A stretch of DNA of 64,000 nucleotides from Rhodothermales bacterium (GTDB lineage Bacteria; Bacteroidota; Rhodothermia; Rhodothermales; VXPQ01). The stretch is from contig JBBDTI010000030.1 in NCBI GenBank assembly GCA_040904565.1, forward strand, positions 52,976 through 116,975, written 5' to 3'. Below are positions 47,607 to 57,650 of this stretch, piece by piece. A program made the translations under genes and the position numbers. How positions within the stretch are numbered: the first letter of the stretch is position 1; every line of letters starts with the position of its first letter. The notes below the pieces were generated by a model. The model was given only the letters and a program-made list of their open reading frames with translations, ran no database searches and was not told the origin of the DNA.

Positions 47607-49664
47607 CTAGAAGCTCACGGCAGCACCGGCGCGCAGCATGCGTCCCGGCCCGGGAAGCCCGAGCTGCGATACCACGGGCGCATCGGTCAGATTGTCGCCG
47701 CGAATGAAGAGCTCCGCCGTCGCCACGCCCACGACGTGGTCGAAGCGATACCCGATGCGTGCATTCAGCGAAAGTGACGGATCCAGCGGCACGAACGAAT
47801 TGTCCTCGCTCTGGGAATAGGCCGCGCCGGTATAGACCGTTTCGAGAAGGGCCGAAAGTCCCGTCTGGCCGATATAGCGTAGCATGGCCGTACCGAGTAC
47901 CTCCGGCCGCTCCGCGAGCCGAACGGGGTCGTCCGCTTCGTCCCGGAGTGACCGGACGTCCATGAACGTGACGTGGCCGTTCACGGCGAGATAGCGCACG
48001 GGCCGAACCTCAGCCACAAGCTCCACCCCCAAGATCCGGCTGCCTTTCAGGTTGATGCGCTGCCGCCGCCGCTGTCCGTCTACCGTGACGTGCAATTGAC
48101 CTATACTTTCGGAGGTTCGGTTTAAGAAAGGGACGATCTCCATCGAAAAAGAGGATTGCGCGAGTCCTCCTCCCGCTTCGGCGATCAGTGCTGATTCGGG
48201 GGCGAGATCGGGATTGACCAGGAATCGGTGCATTGCTTCACCGAAAAGCTCCCGCATCGTGGGGAACCGCGTCTTGCGTCCGGCGGCGGCGCGGAGGTAG
48301 AAGCCTTCGATGCCGTCGTAGCGTCCTCCCAGTGTCGCACTGTATGCGCGGAAGGGATCGCGCTCCGGTTTGTCGCCCGTTTTGGGCATGAACATGACGT
48401 CGCGGCCGGCACTCATCGTTAGCGTGAACCGGCGCGTTACCGGTAACTCGTACGCGGCGCCGAGGCTGAGGAGGCGCTGGCGATAGGCAAAGCGGGGGGC
48501 CACGTCGGGCAGCGCGTCCTTGTTCTCGTCGAAATCCATCTCGCGCTGGTGGTGGGTCGAGATGAGACCGTTGCCGGCCACGCGCAGTGTGCCGGGTCCA
48601 ATCTCACGCGCTACCGTCAATCGGATACCGTGCGTCAGGTCGCTGTCTTCCTGCCGCGATCTTGCGTGGTCGAAATCGAGGGAGCCATACGCGTCGATCG
48701 TCTGCTCGAATCGGCCCGTCCAGCTCGTGGCCTTCCAGCGCGTAGGTCCGGCCAGGCGACCCTCGCCGCTGAATATGCCCATCGTGTAGCGCCAGAGAGG
48801 ATAGCGCCAGAGCCGCGCGCGGTCGGTCGGCACGTGCCCCTCCGGCGCCACGCCCTGCTGCGCCTCCACATGGTAGATGGTCGCGCCGAGCGTGGCGCGA
48901 TCTCCGAATCGGTAGACGCCGCGCATGAATCCGTTTGCGACGCGGCGGTCCGTATTTGTACGCAGGGCACGCTCCAGCTGATTAAACGGAAGCCGCGCAT
49001 CGTCGGGAAGCGGCATGCCCTCCCGCTCGAAAAATCCGACCGAGGCGGCATAACCCAGTCCACCGATTCGTCCGCGATGCGTAATCTCCGCCTGGATCGT
49101 TCCTGCCGTCCCGCCAAGCGCCGAGGCCTCGGTGAATTGCCCTTCCGAGGCGAGGGAAGGCGAGGTGATGTGGATGACGCCGCCGGGAACGTTGGCACCG
49201 TATTCGACGGCTGCAACACCTCGAGTCACCGTCATGCCGCCGACCATTCCGCCCGGGATCAGGGCAAGGTCGAGGCGGTTGTCCCACGGCACGTTGAGCG
49301 CGGCTCCGTCGTAGAAGATAGCTGTCTGGCGCTCGTCGCTTCCGCGCAGATAGACGAGGGTCTCGCCGCGAGAGTTCGTCGTGACGTGCGCTGCGGCCAC
49401 CTGGCGGAGCAGCCCGGCGGCCGACGGCGCCTCGACCCCCTCGATAACGGACACCGGTAGGCGCTGTACCGTGGAGACCTCATCCCGCTCCCGCTGACCG
49501 GCCCGCACGACGACCTCCTTCAGGCTGCCGGAGAGCAAGGAGTCGGGTTCCGTTCTCTCGTCGACATCTTGTGCGGCTGTAGGACCCGCCGCCGGCACGG
49601 CGATCAATCCCAAAATTATCAGGATGCCCCGCATCCTGCATCTGAACGATGTCAGGCGCATCAT
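47607..49664 (-). CDS. TonB-dependent receptor
   Basis: Signal peptide TAA|Q, LKEVVV TonB-box-like segment, plug LRG...DG, NPDLAPE, NLTD, PGR, terminal Phe. Confidence 0.9.
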   Translation of the reverse strand: MMRLTSFRCRMRGILIILGLIAVPAAGPTAAQDVDERTEPDSLLSGSLKEVVVRAGQRERDEVSTVQRLPVSVIEGVEAPSAAGLLRQVAAAHVTTNSRGETLVYLRGSDERQTAIFYDGAALNVPWDNRLDLALIPGGMVGGMTVTRGVAAVEYGANVPGGVIHITSPSLASEGQFTEASALGGTAGTIQAEITHRGRIGGLGYAASVGFFEREGMPLPDDARLPFNQLERALRTNTDRRVANGFMRGVYRFGDRATLGATIYHVEAQQGVAPEGHVPTDRARLWRYPLWRYTMGIFSGEGRLAGPTRWKATSWTGRFEQTIDAYGSLDFDHARSRQEDSDLTHGIRLTVAREIGPGTLRVAGNGLISTHHQREMDFDENKDALPDVAPRFAYRQRLLSLGAAYELPVTRRFTLTMSAGRDVMFMPKTGDKPERDPFRAYSATLGGRYDGIEGFYLRAAAGRKTRFPTMRELFGEAMHRFLVNPDLAPESALIAEAGGGLAQSSFSMEIVPFLNRTSESIGQLHVTVDGQRRRQRINLKGSRILGVELVAEVRPVRYLAVNGHVTFMDVRSLRDEADDPVRLAERPEVLGTAMLRYIGQTGLSALLETVYTGAAYSQSEDNSFVPLDPSLSLNARIGYRFDHVVGVATAELFIRGDNLTDAPVVSQLGLPGPGRMLRAGAAVSF

Positions 49665-49850
49665 TAATTTAATTCGATTCCCTTATCCATCCTGCCGGAT
49701 CCCGGCCGCGTGCCGTGGTTCTCGCAAGCGACGGGACCGCGCACCGCGCGGGGTGAACGTGCGCACGTCGGAAAATGTACCGGTGGACTAACGTACTGGG
49801 ATGGTGGAGTAGGGAGGATAGGGAGAGGAATGGATGTGTTGCAAGCGGGG

Positions 49851-49934
49851 GGGGGCGGCTACCAGCGTCACGACGTTCTCTCCTGGCAGTTTGAGACCGG
49901 AGGCCGGAGCATTGCGGATGAGGCGACCCCGTAG
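49851..49934 (+). pseudogene. Orphan 3' end of an L-type lectin paralog
   Basis: GGGYQRHDVLSWQFETGGRSIAD versus GGGYQRHDILSWQFQTEGRSIAE at 45545-45616. Confidence 0.8.
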
Positions 49935-50071
49935 GTGGTTGTCGGAAGTGAGACGTACTTTAGTGTTCCCCAAAAAGGCTCGTTTATCATTGCGTAGAAT
50001 GGGCCGGTTGACAGCGAGGAAGTCACACTCCGAGCTTCCCCATCCTCCCTCCGCACCATTTGCATGCTCGT

Positions 50072-51580
50072 ATGCGATGTCTTTCCCTTGTGACACTGCT
50101 GATTCTCCTCGCCGCCTGCTCATCCGGCGACGTCCCGCGGGACGGGACCGGCGCCGCCGAGCGCATCCGGCCCTTCGCGGATAATCCCCACTACCTGGCC
50201 TGGGGCGGCGTGCCGATCTTTCCTCTGGGCGCGTCCGGGTACCACAGCTGGACGCCGATCAGCCGGCCCGGCACGGTTGGTTTCGAAGCACAGCTCGACC
50301 GGCTGGCCCGCGTCATCGACGCGATCGGCAGCCCCCACGTACGGGGGCTCGTGCGCGTGCTGCCGTACGACCCGATGAACCACATGCACGATGGAACGGT
50401 GGCGCGCGTACTCCAGCCGTGGGTGCGACTCGAGGATGGACGATATGATTTGGAACACTTCGAGCCCGCCTGGGAGGAGCGGCTGCGCGCGTACCTGGAT
50501 GCGGCGCTGGCGCGGCGGATCGTCGTGTCACTGGAGATCTGGGACGACTGGTCCGTCACGCGCGGCCCCGGCGGCCAGTACGACCCGGGAGAAGGCGGCG
50601 CGTGGAATGCACACCCTTTCAACCCACGCAACAACGTGAACTACGGCGAGGACATGCTGCCGCGGACGACGGCGGTCTGCGAGGCGCCGTTCTACAGCAC
50701 GATTCCCGCTCGCGCCGGCATCGATCCGGTGGTGGTCCTGCAGAAGCGCTACGTGGACCGCCTGCTCGAGATCGCAGCCGGATATCCCAACGTGCTGCTG
50801 AAGGTGTCCAACGAGAGCCGCGCGCACCTGGACTGGAGCCGCTTCTGGGCAGCCTACGTCCGGGAGCGGGCGCCGGACGTAATGATCGGAGAGATGCCCT
50901 CGACCAACCGCCGCGATGGCGGCGGCGAATGCGAGGACGCCTTCAGTCCCCTGACGCTCGCGACGGATCCTCACTATGATTACGTGGACGTCGCGCAGGG
51001 CGTCTCCGGACACGAGTTTGGGAGTCCCCGAGAACAGGCGCTCGAGGGCGCCCGGCGGATCGACGTGTACCGCCAGGCCATGGCGCGAGCGGAAACGCCG
51101 CGTCCGCTGATCGTGTCCAAGGACTATACCCGGGGACCGGACGGCGGGGACGTGGTACTGTGGAGCCGGTTCATTGGCGGCGCGGCCGCCGCCCGCTTCC
51201 ACCGCCCGGGCGTGGATCAAGGCAAGGACGTCGTGGCGTTCCAGCACGACGCCGTCGAGCGCCTCGGTCGGTTCATCGCCGAGGTGCCCTTCTGGCGCAT
51301 GCAGCCGGCGCCGGAGCTCATCAGCCTGCTGCCGAACGGCGCGGGGGCGAACGTCCTGGCCGAGGCAAACGGGCACGTCGTGATCCAGTTGCTCGACGGC
51401 CGTACGGGAGAACGCCTGCACCTTGAGCTGGCCCCCGGCACGTGGACGGTACGCTGGCTCGACCCGGCGCGTGGACGGGAGATTCAGCGGGGGGAGGCCG
51501 CCGTCGCACAATCCTCACTGCACGTCGACATACCATCAGACCTCGACCACCAGATCCTGCATCTATCCCCAAACAATTGA
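50072..51580 (+). CDS. Lipoprotein with a probable TIM-barrel glycoside-hydrolase-like domain and C-terminal beta-sandwich
   Basis: Lipobox LAAC; HPFNPRNNVN, NVL..VSNE (clan GH-A-like NE), FWRMQP, VRWLDP..G. Confidence 0.65.
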   Translation: MRCLSLVTLLILLAACSSGDVPRDGTGAAERIRPFADNPHYLAWGGVPIFPLGASGYHSWTPISRPGTVGFEAQLDRLARVIDAIGSPHVRGLVRVLPYDPMNHMHDGTVARVLQPWVRLEDGRYDLEHFEPAWEERLRAYLDAALARRIVVSLEIWDDWSVTRGPGGQYDPGEGGAWNAHPFNPRNNVNYGEDMLPRTTAVCEAPFYSTIPARAGIDPVVVLQKRYVDRLLEIAAGYPNVLLKVSNESRAHLDWSRFWAAYVRERAPDVMIGEMPSTNRRDGGGECEDAFSPLTLATDPHYDYVDVAQGVSGHEFGSPREQALEGARRIDVYRQAMARAETPRPLIVSKDYTRGPDGGDVVLWSRFIGGAAAARFHRPGVDQGKDVVAFQHDAVERLGRFIAEVPFWRMQPAPELISLLPNGAGANVLAEANGHVVIQLLDGRTGERLHLELAPGTWTVRWLDPARGREIQRGEAAVAQSSLHVDIPSDLDHQILHLSPNN

Positions 51581-51739
51581 GCGACGAGCGCCGGACGCTG
51601 CCCGAGATAATCGAGCCGGATTGCGTCAACGACCATGCGGGCGCGGCCCCTCTGAATCCCGATGCTATCCGGTCTCGCAGATTTCCTACATTCTACCGGC
51701 AAGCATAGACCATCCAACGATTCGTCTCGCTAAACGTAG

Positions 51740-53203
51740 ATGGAAACCATGGCACGACGACTGCTGATACTGTTTGTTACTGCACTTGTGGGCGTGCACG
51801 TCGGGTACGCTCAGCAAGCGCGAAACATCGTGTTCATTCTGAGCGACGACCACCGCTACGACTACATGGGCTTTCACCCGAACGCGCCCGATTTCCTCGA
51901 AACGCCGGGCATGGACCGCATGGCGGCGCAAGGGGCACACCTGGCCAATGCATTCGTGAGCACGTCGCTCTGCTCGCCGAGCCGGGCCTCCATTCTGACC
52001 GGACAGTATCCGTTTCGCCACGGCGTCGTCGACAACCAGAACGTGATGCCCGAGGGCATACCGATGGTTTCCGAGGCCCTCCAGGAGGCCGGCTATCAGA
52101 CCGGCTACTTCGGTAAATGGCACATCGGACACGATCACGACGATCCGAAGCCGGGTTTCGATCGGTGGGTCAGCTTCATGGGGCAGGGGGTGTACTATGA
52201 TCCGACGCTGAACGTGGACGGCGAACGCGCCGAATACGAAGGGTACATCACCGATCTGCTGACCGACTTCACGCTGGACTGGCTGGACGAGATCGACCGT
52301 GACCGGCCTTTCATGGCCTACCTGTCGCACAAGGCCGTGCACGCGGAGTTCGAACCGGCGCAGCGGCACGAGGGTGAATATGCGGACGCATACATCCCAA
52401 TGCCGTCGTCGATGAAGAACATCGAGCAGAATTATGAGGGCAAGCCCGATTGGGTGCGCGAGCAGCGCTACAGCTGGCACGGGGTGGAGTACATGTACCA
52501 CGAGCGCGACGATCACCCGGCCAGCCTGGAGGATCTCATCGTGCGCTACAGCGAATCGCTCCTGGCCGTGGATGAGAGCGTTCAGCGAGTGCTCGATTAT
52601 CTGGAAGCAGAGGGCCTTGCGGAGGAGACGCTCGTCATTTACATGGGCGACAACGGGTTCATGCTCGGCGAGCACGGGCTGATCGACAAACGGCAGGCCT
52701 ACGAGGAGTCGATGCGGGTGCCCATGCTGGCCTGGGCGCCGGGTCTCATCGAGCCGGGTTCGGTCATCGAGGAGAACGTGATGAACATCGACATCACGCC
52801 TACTTTTCTGGACCTGGCGGGTGGATCCATGCCGGCGGGGCACGTCGTCGACGGCCGGTCATTCCGCCCCCTGCTTTCCGGTGAGCCGGTCGGAGACTGG
52901 CGTTCCACCTTCCTCTACCAGTATTTCTGGGAGGATGCATTTCCGCACACGCCCACGACCTACGCCATTCGAGGCGATCGGTATAAGTACATCTATTACC
53001 ACGGGGTGTGGGACGACCACGAGTTCTACGACCTGCGGACCGATCCCATGGAGATGCGCAACCTGATCGACGTGCCGGAGCACCAGGACCGGATCCAGGC
53101 GATGCGCGACGAGATGTTCGATCTCTTCGAGGAGACCGGAGCCACGGATGTCAAATTCCGCCGCCCGTCGAACTTCCGGGCCGACGAACGGGAGCTCCAT
53201 TGA
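51740..53203 (+). CDS. Cys-type formylglycine sulfatase (GlcNAc-6-sulfatase-like)
   Basis: ILSDDH, LCSPSRASILTG, GKWH, GDNG..GEHG..DKR. Confidence 0.92.
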   Translation: METMARRLLILFVTALVGVHVGYAQQARNIVFILSDDHRYDYMGFHPNAPDFLETPGMDRMAAQGAHLANAFVSTSLCSPSRASILTGQYPFRHGVVDNQNVMPEGIPMVSEALQEAGYQTGYFGKWHIGHDHDDPKPGFDRWVSFMGQGVYYDPTLNVDGERAEYEGYITDLLTDFTLDWLDEIDRDRPFMAYLSHKAVHAEFEPAQRHEGEYADAYIPMPSSMKNIEQNYEGKPDWVREQRYSWHGVEYMYHERDDHPASLEDLIVRYSESLLAVDESVQRVLDYLEAEGLAEETLVIYMGDNGFMLGEHGLIDKRQAYEESMRVPMLAWAPGLIEPGSVIEENVMNIDITPTFLDLAGGSMPAGHVVDGRSFRPLLSGEPVGDWRSTFLYQYFWEDAFPHTPTTYAIRGDRYKYIYYHGVWDDHEFYDLRTDPMEMRNLIDVPEHQDRIQAMRDEMFDLFEETGATDVKFRRPSNFRADERELH

Positions 53204-53270
53204 GAGGCGCGGTTTCCAGTCCTGCTCCTTCCTGCACGAGACGCGCACCGGCCGGCAGCCCGTCTACCAC

Positions 53271-54950
53271 TTATTCGTACTGGACCACCTGTCCGTCTTC
53301 GAGAAGCTGTTCCTTCAGCGCCTCGTAGTCGACGTTTTGCACGGCTACGTCGGTGTCGATCGCCAGCACGGCGGCCGTCGCGGCACTCTGGCCCAGGATC
53401 ATAAATACGGGCTCCATACGAATCGAACCGAAGGCGATGTGGGAGCTCGACAAGGCGATGGGTACGAGCAGGTTGCGCACCTCGTCGGCCTGCGGGACGA
53501 GCGATCCGTAGGCGATGGCGTACGGCACCGGCGGCGATACGCCGATGTCGCCCTCGTTCTGCACGTATCCCTCGGGCGTGACGTAGCGCTGCACGTTGTG
53601 CGAATCCATCGTGTACGACCCCATGCCGACCGGCTGCGGCACCTCGCGCTTGCCGAGGATGTCGTGTTCGGTCATGATGTACGCCCCGATCATCCGCCGG
53701 GCCTCGCGCACGTAGATCTGATGAGGCCAGTGCCCATTGTCGACGAACTCATCCTTCGCGAGGCCCCATCGGTTCACCTCGTCCTGTATTTCCCGCGGCA
53801 CCCTCGGATCGTTCGCCAGAAAGTACATGAGACCCTTCTGGTAGACTTCGTGCTCCTTGATGATCTCCTTCCGGCGTTCGTAGGAAGCTTCGGGATACGC
53901 GTAGTTCATCCCGATGTTGTCGGTGCTGAACGGACCGTGATTGTTCGTGTCCGTCTTCCGGTTGGGGATGGGGTCGTACTTCGCGAAGAAATTATTCCGC
54001 TCGTGCCAGCCGGTCTCGAACATACGGAGCAGCCCCAGGTACTGCCCTGAATCGTAGCTGTCGGGCATCGGGAACGGCACCTGGTTGTCCGGATGGCTGC
54101 TCAGGCACATCCGGAAGCAGTAGGCCTGAATCTTTTTGTCGCCGCTGCCTTTCTCCCCTGGCGGAGCCGCGGAAACGCGCGGAATGATGCCGCTGGCTGG
54201 ATTCCCCGGCGCGAAGTAGGGGTCGACCCGGTCGTCCTCCGGGTCGAAGTAGTGGCTGTGGTGGTAGACGCCCGTCTGCACGCCGTTCCACGTCTCCCCG
54301 TAGACGCTGTTGGCCTCGCGTCCGACGTGGTAGCTTGCGCCGGCGGCCGCCATCAAATCGCCTTCGTACGTCGCATCGATGAACATCCGGCCCCGAACCG
54401 TCGTGCCGCTCAGCGTCTCGATCGACGTGATCCGACCGTCTTCGAGCGTCACGCCGTCCTTCCGGTCGAGCCACTCGTCACGCAGCACCAGCACGCCCGC
54501 CTCGGCGATCATGTCCTCGAAGACGCCCTCGGCCACGTGCGGCTCGAAAATCCACATCGTGCGCCTCTCCCGATCCACCGCCGGCGTACCCTGCCCGCGA
54601 TTTCCGTACTCGTCGCGTTCTTGCCACTTCCAGGCTTCGGCCTGCTGGTAATGCAGGTACACGCGGTGATAGAACTCACGCGACAACCCGCCGATGACCT
54701 CCTTATTGCCCGTATCCGTATAGCCGAGTCCGCCTGAGGACAGCCCACCCAGGTGGACGTCGGGCGATACGACCACGACCGATTTCCCCATGCGCGCGGC
54801 CTGCACGGCGGCCGTGACCGCGCCGGACGTACCGCCGTAAACGACCACGTCGGCCTCGAGCGACCGCAGCTGCGCTTCGACCGGTCCGGCGAGACCGAAC
54901 AGGACGAAGGCGATAACGATAAATGTTGTGGGACCGAGGCGTTGATTCAT
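53271..54950 (-). CDS. Secreted FAD-dependent oxidoreductase (FAD_oxidored family)
   Basis: DVVVYGGTSG, FIDATYEGDL, YVREARRM, SSSHIAFGSIRMEP; signal peptide VEA|Q. Confidence 0.88.
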   Translation of the reverse strand: MNQRLGPTTFIVIAFVLFGLAGPVEAQLRSLEADVVVYGGTSGAVTAAVQAARMGKSVVVVSPDVHLGGLSSGGLGYTDTGNKEVIGGLSREFYHRVYLHYQQAEAWKWQERDEYGNRGQGTPAVDRERRTMWIFEPHVAEGVFEDMIAEAGVLVLRDEWLDRKDGVTLEDGRITSIETLSGTTVRGRMFIDATYEGDLMAAAGASYHVGREANSVYGETWNGVQTGVYHHSHYFDPEDDRVDPYFAPGNPASGIIPRVSAAPPGEKGSGDKKIQAYCFRMCLSSHPDNQVPFPMPDSYDSGQYLGLLRMFETGWHERNNFFAKYDPIPNRKTDTNNHGPFSTDNIGMNYAYPEASYERRKEIIKEHEVYQKGLMYFLANDPRVPREIQDEVNRWGLAKDEFVDNGHWPHQIYVREARRMIGAYIMTEHDILGKREVPQPVGMGSYTMDSHNVQRYVTPEGYVQNEGDIGVSPPVPYAIAYGSLVPQADEVRNLLVPIALSSSHIAFGSIRMEPVFMILGQSAATAAVLAIDTDVAVQNVDYEALKEQLLEDGQVVQYE

Positions 54951-55070
54951 CGCGATGGGAAGATGTGGGTTTGAGGAAGGAGTGGACGCCTTTATAGTGC
55001 TCCGAATAGACACTCCGGGGGATCGGCGCCATAGATGGCAGGTTGACCAAGAAAACTAAGCTACGTCATC

Positions 55071-55238
55071 GTGACCATCATCAATACACACGAGGCAACG
55101 ACCCGTCTCTCCGAGCTGCTGTGCAAGCTAAAGGCCGACGAGGAGATTATCATTGGTCGCGCAGCCTCGACCTGGGAGATCGCCCTCAAAAGCGCCTCGG
55201 CAAAAGTCTACCCTCGATCCATTTCGAATGAGATCTGA
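55071..55238 (+). pseudogene. Collapsed Phd/YefM-PIN TA remnant (in-frame chimera)
   Basis: MTIINTHEATTRLSELL.....EEIIIGRA (Phd-like) joined directly to ASTWEIALK (PIN-like SxWEIAIK). Confidence 0.7.
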
Positions 55239-55259
55239 GGCCGTGGTTTACTTCATGAT

Positions 55260-55311
55260 TTACGTTTCGTAAATTACGAATCGCTACTTACGAAGCGTTA
55301 ATTATGAATCG
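55260..55311. repeat. Four phased direct repeats, consensus TTACGAATCG, 14-bp period
   Basis: TTACGTTTCG 55260, TTACGAATCG 55274, TTACGAAGCG 55288, TTATGAATCG 55302; ends 5 nt before ATG 55317. Confidence 0.8.
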
Positions 55312-55316
55312 CGAGT

Positions 55317-56450
55317 ATGGCCAATCCATTCGAATACGGGGGCGTCGTCGCCGAGTCCGGCTTCTGCAATCGAGGGCAGGAGATGGAGGATCTGCGCCGC
55401 GCTGCCGAGAACGGCGACCGGCTTTTGATCTACGCGGAGCGGCGCATGGGCAAGACGTCGCTCGTGCAGCGGGTGCTTCGAAAGCTGCCGCCCAGGCGAT
55501 ACCTGCCCGTGTACGTCGACGTCTGGCCGACGCATGACGCCGCCTCGCTCGCCGCCGGCATTGCTAAGGCGGTCACGTCCGCGGCGGAGACGAAAGCGGA
55601 CCGGATCCTGACCACCGCGAAAGACGTCTTCCGCCATCTGGTACCCTCCCTCACCCTCGACGACGCCGACAATCCGTCCGTCCAGTTCGGCGCTCGCAGC
55701 GGGATCGCGCCGCAACCGCAGCTCGAGGACGCACTCGATGGCATCCAGCGCCTCGCTGAGACGCGCGATCAGCGGTTCGTCGTCGTCCTCGACGAAATCC
55801 AGCGACTCGGCGAGTACGGCGAGGACCTGGCCGAGCGAGTGCTTCGCAGCCGCATCCAGATGCACCAGGGTATCGCCTACTTCTTTCTGGGAAGCCGGAA
55901 GCACCTGGTCGAACAGATGTTCACGGACACAACGCGCCCGCTCTTTCAATCCGCAGGACACTACCCCCTTGAGGCCATCGCGACGGATGACTGGTTGCCC
56001 TTCATTTCCGAGCGCTTCTTCCGCTCCCTGAAGCGCATCCCGGACGAGGTGGTTCGCGAGCTCTGCGCGCGAACCGGAGGCCATCCCTACTACACGCAGC
56101 ATTTTGCCCACGTGCTTTGGGAGATTTCACCTCAGGATCAGGACGTCACCCCGGCCGATCTCGACCGCGCCGAATCCGTGCTCCTGGACCGGCTCGCCTA
56201 CACGTATACGGTGCTATGGGAGATGCTCACGACGAACCAGCGGCTGCTGCTACAGGGCATGGCGGCCGAAGAAGACGACATCCAGCCGTTCTCATCGGCC
56301 TTCCTCAAGCGGATCGATATGGCCCAGTCGAGCGCACACACGGCCGCGCGGGCGATGCTCGAGCGGGACGTGCTGGACCGCACGCCCGACGGGTACGTGA
56401 TCAGCGACCGTTTCTTCCGGCTGTGGATTTGGAAGACGACGCGTCGCTAG
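55317..56450 (+). CDS. AAA+/STAND-like ATPase (archaeal-ATPase/ATPase_2 type) with probable C-terminal wHTH
   Basis: NPF.YG..V....FCNR..E, RRMGKTS, VVLDEIQ, FLGS, TGGHPYY.Q, DRFFRLW. Confidence 0.85.
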   Translation: MANPFEYGGVVAESGFCNRGQEMEDLRRAAENGDRLLIYAERRMGKTSLVQRVLRKLPPRRYLPVYVDVWPTHDAASLAAGIAKAVTSAAETKADRILTTAKDVFRHLVPSLTLDDADNPSVQFGARSGIAPQPQLEDALDGIQRLAETRDQRFVVVLDEIQRLGEYGEDLAERVLRSRIQMHQGIAYFFLGSRKHLVEQMFTDTTRPLFQSAGHYPLEAIATDDWLPFISERFFRSLKRIPDEVVRELCARTGGHPYYTQHFAHVLWEISPQDQDVTPADLDRAESVLLDRLAYTYTVLWEMLTTNQRLLLQGMAAEEDDIQPFSSAFLKRIDMAQSSAHTAARAMLERDVLDRTPDGYVISDRFFRLWIWKTTRR

Positions 56451-56463
56451 ACGCGCTTCTTCG

Positions 56464-57597
56464 TTAGGCGAGTCCCGACGGGATCGCGACCGGGGCGTCC
56501 TCATGGGTCAGTTCGCTTTCCTCAGGGTCGGGTTTGTTACGCCACCAGTTCGCCAGTGCCGAGCCCGAGATGTTCATCCAGGGGCCGAAGATCGCCGGCG
56601 CCAGCCCTACGGTCGAGGCCATTCCCATGTTGGCGGCAATACCCGTGGCCAGGCCTCCGTTCTGCATCCCGACCTCCAGCGCGATCGTCCGGCAGGACTG
56701 CTCGTCCATTCCGACCGCACGTCCACCCCAGTAGCCCAGCAGGTAGCCGATGGCATTGTGCAGGATCGCGGCCACGAAAAGCAGCGGGCCGATTATGAGG
56801 AGGTTGTCCCTTCCGGCTGCAACGATGATGGTCAGCACGATGGCGATGGCCGCCATCGAGAGCAAGGGCATCGCCTCGCTCAGCCACCGCGCCCGACCGT
56901 CCAGGAGCCTGTTGACGATCAAACCGAGCACGATAGGAAGCAGGACGATCTGAGCGACGCTGAGCATCATCGCGACGAAATCGACCGGGACGAACTGACC
57001 GGCAAGGACCTGCATCAGTAGCGGCGTCATAAGCGGAGCCGCCAGGGTCGATACGGCCGTCATCGTGATGGAGAGCGCGAGGTTGGCACGCGCGATGTAG
57101 GCCATCACGTTCGAGGCCACGCCGCCGGAGACCGAGCCGACCAGCACGATGCCTGCCGCCACCTCATCCGGAAAGCCGAACGTCCACGCGATCGTAAGAC
57201 CGACCAGCGGCATGATGGTGAACTGACAGACGAGCCCGACCAGCACGGCCCTGGGCATCTTTGCCACGGCGCCGAAATCCCGCAAGCTCATCGACGTGCC
57301 CATCCCGAACATGATGATCATGATGAGCGGTACGATGAGGCGTGTCAGCTCGAAGTCGCCCGCCGTGAGGAAATACTGTGGGTAATACATCGCCACCGCG
57401 ACGGAGACGAAGATCCAGATGGTGAAAGTCAGCTGGCTCAGCAGCGGAATCGCTCGAGAGCCAAGAGCGAGCGTCACCAGGCCTCCCACGACGAACGGAC
57501 CGGTAGAGGCGATTCCATGCCCGAGGATGAGCGCGCCGGCCGCACCGAGGGCACAGGCGGCGGAGAGGGCCAGGAGAGTTCGATAAGCGGCTTGCAC
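56464..57597 (-). CDS. Bile acid:sodium symporter (BASS) family transporter
   Basis: IMFGMG, QFTIMP, GGVASNV, RTIALEVGMQNGGLA. Confidence 0.9.
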   Translation of the reverse strand: MQAAYRTLLALSAACALGAAGALILGHGIASTGPFVVGGLVTLALGSRAIPLLSQLTFTIWIFVSVAVAMYYPQYFLTAGDFELTRLIVPLIMIIMFGMGTSMSLRDFGAVAKMPRAVLVGLVCQFTIMPLVGLTIAWTFGFPDEVAAGIVLVGSVSGGVASNVMAYIARANLALSITMTAVSTLAAPLMTPLLMQVLAGQFVPVDFVAMMLSVAQIVLLPIVLGLIVNRLLDGRARWLSEAMPLLSMAAIAIVLTIIVAAGRDNLLIIGPLLFVAAILHNAIGYLLGYWGGRAVGMDEQSCRTIALEVGMQNGGLATGIAANMGMASTVGLAPAIFGPWMNISGSALANWWRNKPDPEESELTHEDAPVAIPSGLA

Positions 57598-57650
57598 GGG
57601 GTCTCAGCTGAACAGGTCAATGGGTAATGTCGAGACCGCGGCCCGATGCA

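Noticed and set aside
49665-49850. Cobalamin riboswitch upstream of the TonB receptor
   Set aside because: I could not find the B12-box or other conserved core elements in the proper order; an Rfam scan would settle it.
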